DNA of 64,000 bases from Thermoplasmata archaeon (GTDB lineage: Archaea > Thermoplasmatota > Thermoplasmata > Lutacidiplasmatales > UBA184). Where the stretch lies: positions 17,350-81,349 of the forward strand of contig JAGWLG010000010.1 in the NCBI GenBank assembly GCA_028864975.1, given 5' to 3'. This document shows, in pieces, positions 29,081 through 38,191 of the stretch. Position 1 is the stretch's first letter, and every line of letters begins with the position of its first letter. The notes below the pieces were generated by a model. It was not told the origin of the DNA. It did no database searches and worked only from the letters and a program-made list of their open reading frames with translations. The translations under genes and the position numbers were made by a program.

Positions 29081-29913
29081 TGTATCGCGAGCTCGCCGCC
29101 CTCCTCCGACGGGAGTATCTGCGATGGGTCCGAGCCCCCATGTGGATCGTGGCCGGCCTGATGATGCCCATCCTCTATCTCGCACTCTTCGGCCAGGCCT
29201 TCGACCTCGGGAAACTTGTCCCCCCCAATCCCCAGGCTCAGGCCGGACTTTCCTCGGCGCTCCTGGGCGCCCCGGACTACTTCTCGTACTTCGCGGTCGG
29301 CATGGTGGGGATGGTCGCGGTCACTTCCTCCCTCTTCGCCGGAACTGGGGTCATCTTTGACAAGCAGTTGGGCATCCTCCAGAGGACCATCTCGACCCCG
29401 GCCCGCCGGAGCGTGATCTTCGCTTCTTCGCTCATCTTCCGCGGCTTCTTGGTGGTCCTTCCGATCTTCATCGTCCTGGGTCTGGCCCGGCTCCTCGCTT
29501 TCATCCCCGGGTTCACGGGACTCACTGTCGTGGAGAACGTCGGTCCCGCCGGGGTCCTCGAGATCGTCGTGGGCATCCTCGCGATCTCGATGGCCTTCAC
29601 CTCGCTCTTCCTCGCCTTTGGGTTCCTGTTCACCCGGGTCGAGTCCTACTTCGGAGTGGTCAATCTGTTGAACCTTCCGATCCTTTTCACGTCGAACGCG
29701 CTCTACCCCGCGGGGACTTCCCCGCTCTGGCTCCAGCACATCACGGCGTACAACCCGATCTCGCTCGCCGTGAATGTGATGCGGGAGAACTTCTTCGGGG
29801 CCTCCTACTACGCCTACCCCGCTTACGTCTATCTTGGCGGGCTCCTGGCATGGGCCGCGGCACTGATCCTCCTCGCCCTCGCGTTGGGGTCGAGGGCGCT
29901 CAAGACGAAGTAA
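29077..29913 (+). CDS. ABC-2 exporter permease
   Basis: Six TM helices, FTSNALYP, WLQ...YNPIS. Overlaps the ATPase stop. Confidence 0.93.
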   Translation: MMYRELAALLRREYLRWVRAPMWIVAGLMMPILYLALFGQAFDLGKLVPPNPQAQAGLSSALLGAPDYFSYFAVGMVGMVAVTSSLFAGTGVIFDKQLGILQRTISTPARRSVIFASSLIFRGFLVVLPIFIVLGLARLLAFIPGFTGLTVVENVGPAGVLEIVVGILAISMAFTSLFLAFGFLFTRVESYFGVVNLLNLPILFTSNALYPAGTSPLWLQHITAYNPISLAVNVMRENFFGASYYAYPAYVYLGGLLAWAAALILLALALGSRALKTK

Positions 29914-30337
29914 CGGGCCCGGGCGGAGGTCTCGGCCCTCGACGGTGCCCGACCCTCCGTAGCTCCCCCCTCAAGAAGAGGAGGAGCCACTCGACCTCAA
30001 AGATCCCCGGCGTGAGGAGCTCGAGGCACTGCCACCAGGGGACCCGGACCGTGGGAAGATGCTCTCGCCCCGTCCAGATCGCTTTGGAGATCCGGTGACG
30101 CCCGTCCAGGGCGATCTGGTACCACCTCCTTCCCGCGATAATGATGGGGAAGTCGAGGTCCGCCCGGTCCAGGAAGCTTGGGATGAGGCGAAGCGCCCAG
30201 CCGATCGCCCGTCGCGACAGCCGGGGCAGCTCCGTCAGCGGGGTCTCGACCACGGGCACGGGGTGTCGCCTGAGATGGCGTACCGCAAGGAAGACCCCGG
30301 GCCGGAAGTGGAAGGCGAACTCTGAGGAATCGACCAT
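29900..30337 (-). CDS. Small ParB/Srx-like domain protein
   Basis: ADLDFPIII...LDGRHRISKA motif. GGAGG RBS. Confidence 0.65.
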   Translation of the reverse strand: MVDSSEFAFHFRPGVFLAVRHLRRHPVPVVETPLTELPRLSRRAIGWALRLIPSFLDRADLDFPIIIAGRRWYQIALDGRHRISKAIWTGREHLPTVRVPWWQCLELLTPGIFEVEWLLLFLRGELRRVGHRRGPRPPPGPVTSS

Positions 30338-30528
30338 GTCTCCTCCCCTTCCATCGAGCCGACCTCCCCGTCCCCTACAGGCCCAGCCTGGAAACACGAC
30401 ATCAGGCGCCTGTCAACTTCGGTCGACCTGACGCGCGCGTCGACCCTCCCCCTGCGACCGGGGACGCCCGCAGGAGATCCGACGAGTCCCTACCGAGAAC
30501 CCGTCGAACGAGCCCTTCCGAACATTCC

Positions 30529-31137
30529 CTACTTCGCCTTTCTCCTTCGGGGTCGCTTGGGCTCCACGGGGTGGCGCCTCGCCCACTCCCGGGCCCCAGA
30601 TATGAGGGCCGCCCTCGGAGGGGGCCATCTTCCGTGGAGCACACGACGGAAGATCCAGAACGTGTTGGGGGGTTCAACGTCCATCTGCCAGAGCATGGCC
30701 TCCACTTCCCCCAGGTGGAGGAGATGCTCGGTCAAGCACTGCGCGAGCGCGGCATCGCGCGTGAGACGAAGGGGGTACTTCCTCGACGCGACCCACACGG
30801 CAGGCTTCGAGAGCTCTTTCGGGGTGTTCCACTTCTTGAACCGTGCGTTCCCCATCGCCTCGACCTCCTTGAGCCTCTTTCGTACCTCGGCGATGCTCAG
30901 GTACCGGTCCCTGGGGATGTTCATCACCTCGTACATCCAGGGGGTGGCGCGGTTCTCGCAGAATTCGGTCACGTGCTGCTCCTCGACGTAGGCCAGGTGG
31001 AGGAAGATGTCCCGGAAGGAGTGCATGCTCACTCCGCGGTCCTTGGTGAATGCCTTCCACCCAAGCTTCGCGGCTCGCTCGAAGAAGTCGCAGCGGAGCT
31101 CGTGGACGAAGTCCATCAGGTCGATGGTCGAAACCAT
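30529..31137 (-). CDS. DinB/YfiT family protein
   Basis: SFRDIFLHLAYVE and EHLLHLGEV His motifs. Confidence 0.85.
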   Translation of the reverse strand: MVSTIDLMDFVHELRCDFFERAAKLGWKAFTKDRGVSMHSFRDIFLHLAYVEEQHVTEFCENRATPWMYEVMNIPRDRYLSIAEVRKRLKEVEAMGNARFKKWNTPKELSKPAVWVASRKYPLRLTRDAALAQCLTEHLLHLGEVEAMLWQMDVEPPNTFWIFRRVLHGRWPPPRAALISGAREWARRHPVEPKRPRRRKAK

Positions 31138-31228
31138 GGAGTCCCTACCGGACCGGGCTCATAGCGCGAGCGTCGCGTCTTCACGTTCGGGCCACGACCC
31201 GGGTCGCCAAGGTCGTGTGACGAACGGG

Positions 31229-32035
31229 TCAGAGCTTCGCGCCGCAACTGTAGCAGAACGCGCCTTCCTGTTCCGCTTCTCCGCAAGCACGGCAGACCGA
31301 GGCGGGGCCGGCGGCCGGGGCTTCGTCGGGGGTGGCTGCCACTGGAGGGCTGGCGGGCGGTCGAGCTTTGGGCCCGGTAAGGGGCGCGCCGCACGAGCCG
31401 CAGCGCTTGTCGGTGATCTGGACCAGCGCGGAGCAGTAGGGACATGGGACCTTGACGATCTCTCGGATCGTCTCCTTCTCCTTCACGATCACCTGAGGCG
31501 AGGGCGGGGCCTGAGGGGCGGCCGCCCGATGGAGCGCTGCGATCCGAGCTTGAGCCTCCGCTTGGGCCTGGGCGGCCGCGCGGCGGGTCGAAGGCAACAC
31601 CTGCTGGATGGCGTCGCGGATCCCGTCCGTCGTCAAGCTCCGTTGGGCCGGGGACATGTCGCCGACCACGGCGAAGGGGCTCCATCCCCCTCTCCAGCGT
31701 ACCCGCAGGAACGGCCACTGCAGGTTCCCCGGGACTGGGATCATCTCGGTCACGACGGAGTCGATCGCGTCCAAGGGGACCTCGAAGGACGGGGGCACCG
31801 GGACCTCATAGTACACCGGGTTCCCGACGATCGTGGAGCTCTTCGCCGCAGGGACCATGAAGAGACGCTGGTAGGTCAGGACCAGGCATCCGGAAGGCGT
31901 CTGTCGCCAGGTCGCGAAGGAGGAATTGGCGCCAGGGGCGAACGGCCCCTTCACGCTCCAGGTCCCGCAGACCCCCTCCGAAGGGCGGAGGAAGGAAGGC
32001 AGGGCGGACGAGAACTGGGATGCCGAGACTTTCAT
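31229..32035 (-). CDS. PH-like domain protein with two C-terminal zinc ribbons
   Basis: GCLVLTYQRLF...EVPLDAIDSV (PH/GRAM-like), then CPYC..CGSC and CRAC..CYSC. Confidence 0.7.
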   Translation of the reverse strand: MKVSASQFSSALPSFLRPSEGVCGTWSVKGPFAPGANSSFATWRQTPSGCLVLTYQRLFMVPAAKSSTIVGNPVYYEVPVPPSFEVPLDAIDSVVTEMIPVPGNLQWPFLRVRWRGGWSPFAVVGDMSPAQRSLTTDGIRDAIQQVLPSTRRAAAQAQAEAQARIAALHRAAAPQAPPSPQVIVKEKETIREIVKVPCPYCSALVQITDKRCGSCGAPLTGPKARPPASPPVAATPDEAPAAGPASVCRACGEAEQEGAFCYSCGAKL

Positions 32036-32081
32036 GGCCCTCGTGGTGCGGTACCGATCGCTAGCTGGGAGGTTCGCATGC

Positions 32082-33206
32082 TCATTTCTCGGGAGGGACA
32101 GCAGGGGTCGCTTCGTGGGTCTGTGCCGGGGCGGCGGCGGGTGAAGTCGGCGCCGACGGGGCTGCAGGTGCCGCGGTGCTCATCTGGGCCTTGATGGCCT
32201 CGAGCTCCTGGCGCAGGCGCTGGACCTCTTCGGAGGGCGCGGTCGGGGTAGGGGATCGTGCGCCCGCTGTATCGGGGGCAGCCTCACGCTTCCAGTACGA
32301 TCTCAGGCCTAGGCTTCCAACGAGGAGTAAGGCGAAACCTCCCAGGTCGAGGAAAAGCGCCGTGGAGGGTCCCCACGAGACCGTGCCAGTCGCGTTGGAA
32401 CCGCTCGAGCCTCCTCCTCCACCCCCACTGTTGCCTCCGAAGTTCACGGCGCAGGACCCCATCGGTGAAAAGTTCGGCCCACCCCCGCCGTTCCCACCAT
32501 TGCAGAGCGGGCCAACGAGGAATCCTGTGACGAGGGTCAGGATGACGAAGAGGATGAGGCCGCCGACGAGAGCGAGTACGGCCCCCGAGCGGGTGAGCGA
32601 GTACGGTTTCTTGAGCCCCTTCCGAGTGGCGGGAGCGCTGCCCGTGCGTAGACCCAGGATCGCTCCCGCCGCCGCGAGCGCGACCCCGAGGAGTAAAAGG
32701 ACAGCCCCGGCAGCAAGGAGCAGGACCACGAACTCGAGACCCTGACTGCCACCACCGGATCCCGCGAGCCCGGCGTAGGCCAGACATTCTCCGGGAACTA
32801 GGGGGTTGTTGTTGCCCGAGTTGTTGTTGGAGCCGTTGTTCGAGGCGCCCTCGGGGCGTGCAGATTCTGGGGAGGAGCTCATCCTGCCTTGGGCGAGGGG
32901 GGACGCGGCGTGGCCCTGGTGCAGAGGCGGAGAGGAAGGGGCGGCGAAGCCGTGGTTCCCAGCGTTGCTGGACTCGCTCAGGCAGACCGAGAACGAGTCA
33001 AAGTCGGCGGTCGCATGGAGGAACTCGGACCCTGAGGAAACGTTGACCGCGACCACGGTCCAGGGAAACAGGAGTGTGAGCAGGAGCAAGGCCGCCCCTC
33101 CAAGGACAAGGAAGGAATAGATCGGCGACGCCGGGGGCGGCAGACGCACGTCAGGGTTCCCCGGCGGAACGCGGCGTGGTGCGGTGGCAGGTCCAGAGGC
33201 ACTCAT
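32082..33206 (-). CDS. Four-TM membrane protein with Cys-paired, G/N/S-rich extracellular loops and coiled-coil tail
   Basis: LLFPW after TM1, WGPSTALFL before TM4, EVQRLRQELEAIKAQM tail. Start overlaps the upstream stop. Confidence 0.72.
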   Translation of the reverse strand: MSASGPATAPRRVPPGNPDVRLPPPASPIYSFLVLGGAALLLLTLLFPWTVVAVNVSSGSEFLHATADFDSFSVCLSESSNAGNHGFAAPSSPPLHQGHAASPLAQGRMSSSPESARPEGASNNGSNNNSGNNNPLVPGECLAYAGLAGSGGGSQGLEFVVLLLAAGAVLLLLGVALAAAGAILGLRTGSAPATRKGLKKPYSLTRSGAVLALVGGLILFVILTLVTGFLVGPLCNGGNGGGGPNFSPMGSCAVNFGGNSGGGGGGSSGSNATGTVSWGPSTALFLDLGGFALLLVGSLGLRSYWKREAAPDTAGARSPTPTAPSEEVQRLRQELEAIKAQMSTAAPAAPSAPTSPAAAPAQTHEATPAVPPEK

Positions 33207-36200
33207 GTTGAGGGCCCGACCTCCACCACGGGAGACCCACAACTGTCGCAGAAGCCGGCGCCGGCTTCGACTTCCGCCCCGCAGGACGTGCATTTCCTCA
33301 CGCCGGCCGCGGGCGGTGGAGCCTGCGTCCCAGCGCCCGGTTCCGCCGGGGGCCCAGCGGGCGGAGCTGTATCCCCGACGATGGAGGGAGGCTCGACCGG
33401 GGTGGCCGCCGGTACCGTCACTGGCCAGGCCGTCGACATCGGTGTGGAACCCCCGCTAGCTCCTCCGAGGGTCGCTGCCGCACCTGCCTCGATCAACGCC
33501 TTACGGCGTCGGCGAGCGAGCGCGAACTGTGCGATCCCGGCGGCGAAGAGGCCGACGACCGCGATCAGCACGACAAGCGTGGGGACCCCTCCTGGCGCCC
33601 CGAGGTTGAGCGGCCCTCCGGAGCCGATCCCACCGGTTCCCGGACCACTACCGGGGGTCACGTGCACGATGCCGCTGGTGTAGGCCTTGTTCCCAACGTG
33701 GTCCGTCGCCGTCAGGTTGACGTAGTAATCCCCCGGGTTCTGGAACGTGTAGTTGATGCCCGAGGTGGAGAAGTAGGTGGAATTCTCGATGTTCCAGCGG
33801 AAGGTGTAAGGTGGGACCCCTCCGGTCGCGCTCGCCTGACAGGAGATCGAGAGAGGTGCCGTGCCGCCAGGGGGGCCGTTCGAGGTCGAGGGTTGGCACT
33901 TGACGTTCACACTGAGGGAGTTCCCCGGCCCTCCCGCTCCGACGGTGACGTTCGTGTAGTGTCTGTTGACCTGCGACGGGGGGCTCGAATCCGAGAGTTC
34001 GGCCTCGACCATGTAGGTCCCCCGGTTCGAATAGGTGTGCTGGAAGGTGGGACAATTGGGGGAGGAGCAGTTCTGCCAGAAGCTGGGTGTGCCGTCCGCG
34101 AGGAACCAGACCCACGTGTAGGGGCCCTTTCCTCCCTGGATCGACGAGGCGAGGCTCACGGAGAGCGGAGGCGTCCCCGAGAGCGGGCTCAAGGTGACGG
34201 TGGAAGAGAGCGGGGAGGTCGAGCCTGGGACGGTGACACTGACGAATAGGCTGTGCTCCGCACTCGCCCCGGACGCATCGGTCGCCCTCAACGAGACCTG
34301 GAAGTTCCCGCCGGCCGTGAACGTGTGCGCGACGCGGACGGTGGTGCTCGTGTTGGTCCAGTTGAGGGAGGTGCCATCGCCGAACGTCCAGAGGAACGCG
34401 TAGGGGGAGGAGCCTCCGGACGCACTGCCCTGGAAGTACACGGTGAGCGGATAGGGCCCTGTGGTCGGGTTGGCGCTCAGCGCGACCGAGGGGGGTGGGG
34501 AAGTTCCCACGGCGAGGGTCACCGTCTGCCAGGCCGTGCTCCCGACCTGATCGGTCGCTGTGAGATTCGCGACGAAGGTCCCGGTACTGGCGTAGGTGTA
34601 TGCGATGCGTCCTCCCGTGCTGGCGTTGGACCAGGTGACGACCGAGCCATCGCCGAAGCTCCAGCGGAAGGTGTAGGGTCCCGTGCCGCCCGACGCACCG
34701 CCGTTGAAGTAGACCGTGAGCGGAGGCGACCCCCCGGAGGGATTCGCGGAGAGCGAGACCGCGACTGAGCTGGCCGGGGTGACGGTGATGGTCGCGGTCT
34801 TGTACCCGACGGCCCCGTTCGAGTCGCGAACGGTCAGGTTCGCGATGAAGGTGCCCGCCCTCGGGTAGGTGTGCGACAGGCTCGAGCAACAATTGTTGTA
34901 CGAGCCATCCCCGAACGAGTAGTTCCACGAGTAGGGGGGGGTTCCTCCGGTGGCCGTGCCCGAGAAGAATACCGCGAGGGGAGCCGTGCCGCTCGTGCGA
35001 TTCGCGCTGATCCCGACCGTGAGGGCGGGGAGCGAAACCGGGCCGGCGAAGGACCATGTGCTGGAGCCGGAGAACTGGGTCCCCCATCCCCCGAACCCCA
35101 GAATGGCAGTGTAGGAGGGATCGTAGTCCATGTTCCAGGCGTCGGGTCCTGGGGAGCCGGAGGTCCCAGCGGTCACGTTCGACCATCTTCCCGCGGCGAA
35201 CTGCCAGGTGTCCCCGTAGAACCCGGTGGGGGGAGCGGTCGTGGACCCGCCCTGGAAGTCCCCTTTCCATCCGCCGTAGAACATCAGGACGTTCGCCGCC
35301 GTGTCGGAGCTCCCTTCCATGAACCCGCGGGGTGAGGGCGAGTTGACCGGGGCGAGAGAGGTCCAGGTCACTCCCGAGAGCTCCCACGTGTCGCCCGTGG
35401 TGTAGCAGGGGTTGCCGCACCCGGTAATGCCCCCGAAGAGCACCGAATATCCGTCGGTCGCGTCGTACGCGAACCCCGCCCCCGCTCGGGGGCCGGGGCC
35501 GGGGTTCGTCGATAGGGGGCTCCAGGTCCCGGACCGGAAGGCCCAGGTGTCGTACGCTGACGACCCGCAGAGGTACCCCAGGAAGTACGTGCATCCCCCG
35601 AAGAGGACGACGCGGGTCGCAGCGGAATCGTACGTGATCGCCGCATCCGACCTCGGTGAAGGGGGGGTGCCCGCCGAGGCCGTGAGGTTCGTCCAGGTCC
35701 CTCCCGCGAACGCCCACGTGTCCGACTGGTCGTAGCAGCCGGTGTTGCCCACAAGATGGGCCCCGGAAGTGGAGACACACCCCCCGAAGAGCAGGACCTC
35801 ATGGTCGAGCCCATCGTACACCATGGCGCCCCCCGCCCGAGCGGGGGGCGTGCTCACCGTTGTCCCCGTGAGGTTCTTCCAGCTCCCTCCGTAGAGGGCC
35901 CACGTGAAGGGCCAGACCGGGACCCCGCCACCCGCACAACTGGCCCCGGAGACGCCACAGCCGGCGCCGCCGAAGAGCAGAAGGTAGCCGTCCTGGGCGT
36001 CGTAGACGAGCCCGTTGTCCGCGAGCGGGGGTGGGGAGTTCGAGATCGAGCTCGTGAGGTTCGTCCAGCCCGTCGCGTCGGGCACGAGGTGGGAGGTGGG
36101 GGCCTTCGGCGAAGTTGCCGACGCAAGGCGAACAGGATCCCCATGCAAGGCCCACGGGGGCCCGAGCATGTGGAGCGGCGAGGCGCCCGCCGCGAGCGTC

Positions 36201-36355
36201 GTCGCGGGAAGCGCGAGGAGCAAGAACAGGAGGACCAACGAGAGGCGGCTCCACCCACGGGCCGCCGTGCCCTGCGCGGATCGACGCCAGAAGCGTCCCG
36301 CGGAGAGGGGCCCCCGTTCCCCGCAGGTCGACACGCCCAGCGATGGCATCCTCAT
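33203..36355 (-). CDS. Surface protein: Kelch beta-propeller, ~5 PKD domains, TM helix and cytoplasmic zinc ribbon
   Basis: Repeated YD...LLFGG...DTW (Kelch), repeated GG.PY...W.FGDG...HTY...G.F (PKD), TM, then CTSC...FCDSC. Confidence 0.88.
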   Translation of the reverse strand: MRMPSLGVSTCGERGPLSAGRFWRRSAQGTAARGWSRLSLVLLFLLLALPATTLAAGASPLHMLGPPWALHGDPVRLASATSPKAPTSHLVPDATGWTNLTSSISNSPPPLADNGLVYDAQDGYLLLFGGAGCGVSGASCAGGGVPVWPFTWALYGGSWKNLTGTTVSTPPARAGGAMVYDGLDHEVLLFGGCVSTSGAHLVGNTGCYDQSDTWAFAGGTWTNLTASAGTPPSPRSDAAITYDSAATRVVLFGGCTYFLGYLCGSSAYDTWAFRSGTWSPLSTNPGPGPRAGAGFAYDATDGYSVLFGGITGCGNPCYTTGDTWELSGVTWTSLAPVNSPSPRGFMEGSSDTAANVLMFYGGWKGDFQGGSTTAPPTGFYGDTWQFAAGRWSNVTAGTSGSPGPDAWNMDYDPSYTAILGFGGWGTQFSGSSTWSFAGPVSLPALTVGISANRTSGTAPLAVFFSGTATGGTPPYSWNYSFGDGSYNNCCSSLSHTYPRAGTFIANLTVRDSNGAVGYKTATITVTPASSVAVSLSANPSGGSPPLTVYFNGGASGGTGPYTFRWSFGDGSVVTWSNASTGGRIAYTYASTGTFVANLTATDQVGSTAWQTVTLAVGTSPPPSVALSANPTTGPYPLTVYFQGSASGGSSPYAFLWTFGDGTSLNWTNTSTTVRVAHTFTAGGNFQVSLRATDASGASAEHSLFVSVTVPGSTSPLSSTVTLSPLSGTPPLSVSLASSIQGGKGPYTWVWFLADGTPSFWQNCSSPNCPTFQHTYSNRGTYMVEAELSDSSPPSQVNRHYTNVTVGAGGPGNSLSVNVKCQPSTSNGPPGGTAPLSISCQASATGGVPPYTFRWNIENSTYFSTSGINYTFQNPGDYYVNLTATDHVGNKAYTSGIVHVTPGSGPGTGGIGSGGPLNLGAPGGVPTLVVLIAVVGLFAAGIAQFALARRRRKALIEAGAAATLGGASGGSTPMSTAWPVTVPAATPVEPPSIVGDTAPPAGPPAEPGAGTQAPPPAAGVRKCTSCGAEVEAGAGFCDSCGSPVVEVGPST

Positions 36356-36457
36356 GGTTCTCACACAAGAGGTATACTTATCAACGGTCCCGACCCGGAA
36401 GGCCCCCGCGGCGAACCCCGCTTTAAAAAGGAGCTCCACCTTGCGGGTCCCTCGGGT

Positions 36458-37471
36458 ATGAGCCCACCGACCACCGGCCCCATCTGTCCGTCGTGCGGTG
36501 GGCTCAACAAGCCTTCCGCCAAGTTCTGCCGAAGCTGCGGGAAGCCGCTCGGCACGGCGGGCACCGCCACGCCGTCTCCCCCGAACGCGGGCCCGGCCCC
36601 TTCCCCCGCTCCCCTCACCATCGGGGCCTCGGCCCCCACTTCGGCGCCACGTCCCGCCCCTCTTCCGCGCGCTGACGACATGGAGAGCCGGTCGCGGATC
36701 GTGGAGGAGCGAGAGCTCGGGCTCCAACGCTTGCGCGAGGACCTCGACCGCCGAGCTTCGGAGTTGAGTGCGCGAAACGAGGAGCTGGAGCGCACCCGGG
36801 CTTCGCTCGAGACCCGCGAAAGGTCCCTCGCTCCCGCCGAGGCCAAGATCACCCAGCGGACCCAGGAGCTCGACCAACGGGAAGCGGCGCTCGAAGCGAG
36901 GGCCGCTTCGCAGCGGACCCAGGAGGAAGAGCTCTCGGGGAAGGAGAAGCAGCTCGCGGAAGGACAGCAGGGGATGGAGACGCGCGAGAAGGAACTGCGC
37001 ACTCAGCTCCAGGACCTCGAGCAGCAGAAGGGGCTGCTTCGTCGCCAGGCCAAGATGCTCGACCAACGGGAGGCCGACCTTCGGAGGAGGGAGCTCGCGG
37101 CCGCCTCGGCCGAGCCCGAGTCCCTAGGCGCCGGAGCTTCATCGCCCTCGGTCCCGCCACCGTCCCCTCCGGTCCGCACCGAGGCCCCCGTCGCCCCGCC
37201 CTCCCCCGCGGGTCCCGTTCCAATCGTACCCGTGGGCGTGGGCGCGAGTGCGGGTGGGAGTGCGCCCCCCACGCCGCCTCCACCGCCTCCGGCCCAAGCG
37301 CCCCTTCCCCCGCCCCACGCCCCGGGGGGCCCACCCGCCTATCCGCCCCCTCCCCCCACGAGTTCCGAGGAGCGGCCGCTCTTCTGCCAGGAGTGTGGCT
37401 CACCGAACCGACGGAGGCACCGGTTCTGCCACAAGTGCGGCGCCAAGCTTCCGGTGCAGAGCGCCCCCTAG
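36458..37471 (+). CDS. Zinc ribbon - long coiled coil - Pro-rich - zinc ribbon protein
   Basis: CPSC..FCRSC N-terminus, E/R/L heptad repeats, FCQEC..FCHKC C-terminus. TTTAAAAA TATA at 36422-36429. Confidence 0.8.
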   Translation: MSPPTTGPICPSCGGLNKPSAKFCRSCGKPLGTAGTATPSPPNAGPAPSPAPLTIGASAPTSAPRPAPLPRADDMESRSRIVEERELGLQRLREDLDRRASELSARNEELERTRASLETRERSLAPAEAKITQRTQELDQREAALEARAASQRTQEEELSGKEKQLAEGQQGMETREKELRTQLQDLEQQKGLLRRQAKMLDQREADLRRRELAAASAEPESLGAGASSPSVPPPSPPVRTEAPVAPPSPAGPVPIVPVGVGASAGGSAPPTPPPPPPAQAPLPPPHAPGGPPAYPPPPPTSSEERPLFCQECGSPNRRRHRFCHKCGAKLPVQSAP

Positions 37472-37654
37472 GTGTCCTCTCCTCGTCCCTCGCCGAGGGC
37501 AGGACCGGCGGCCCCGCGCGCGAAGCGTCCCGCGGCCCGGCCCCGGCCGAGCTACGTGGGGCCGACGGCGAGGCAGGGTTACGCCCGGTGGGGGGCTCGG
37601 GCGGGACCTGCGGAGGGCGCCCTCTTCGTCGCGGTTCGGGGGATGCGCGTCCTC

Positions 37655-38191
37655 TCAGGCCGCCGAGGTGGCGCTGTAGCCTTCCTCCGCCGGGGCCGAG
37701 GGCGCGGCGAGCCAGAGTGCGAGCGCGCCAAGGAGCGCGAGCGTCCCTCCGACCATGGCCAGGTAGAAGCCCACGCCCGCGCTGTCGAGGAAGAGCGCCC
37801 CCCATAGCGACCGGGCCCCCGTGTTGAACCGGAACGCCGCGACGAGCGGCAGGGCGAAGACGCCCAGCGCGACCAAGGTGGCGGCGAGCTTCGGGAGGGT
37901 CTCGTGGGCGCGTCCCGTTCCCCAGACCCGAGGACGGACCAGGGCGGCGGCCAGGATGACGAGGCCAATGGCCCCTGCGGCGAGAACGGCGAGCTCGGGG
38001 AGGTGGCCCATGAGGTCGACCCCATTGAGCCCGCGGACCGGTCCCAGGGCGCTGAAGGTGTACCACGGCAGCACGAGGGCGAGGAGGACCAGCAGGCCAC
38101 CCGCCGCGAGAAGGAAACAGGGGAACCGCGACGGCGAGGCCTCGCGGTGGAAGAGGACCTCCTCGTCCCACGGCGCCCGGCCCGCGCTCAT
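37655..38191 (-). CDS. Four-TM membrane protein (claudin/tetraspan-like topology)
   Basis: LVLPWY after TM1 and AGVGFYL before TM4. Translationally coupled to the 1515-aa gene. Confidence 0.72.
   Translation of the reverse strand: MSAGRAPWDEEVLFHREASPSRFPCFLLAAGGLLVLLALVLPWYTFSALGPVRGLNGVDLMGHLPELAVLAAGAIGLVILAAALVRPRVWGTGRAHETLPKLAATLVALGVFALPLVAAFRFNTGARSLWGALFLDSAGVGFYLAMVGGTLALLGALALWLAAPSAPAEEGYSATSAA

Noticed and set aside
29245-29255. GAGGAAAGTCC on the minus strand, the RNase P RNA 5' signature
   Set aside because: Lies inside an intact ABC permease CDS, and no matching 3' P4 element was found.
35756-37066. Long N-terminal extensions of ORFs 33203-37066 and 35756-37471
   Set aside because: They overlap each other across an AT-rich divergent promoter (about 36360-36430). 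True starts are more plausibly 36355 and 36458.
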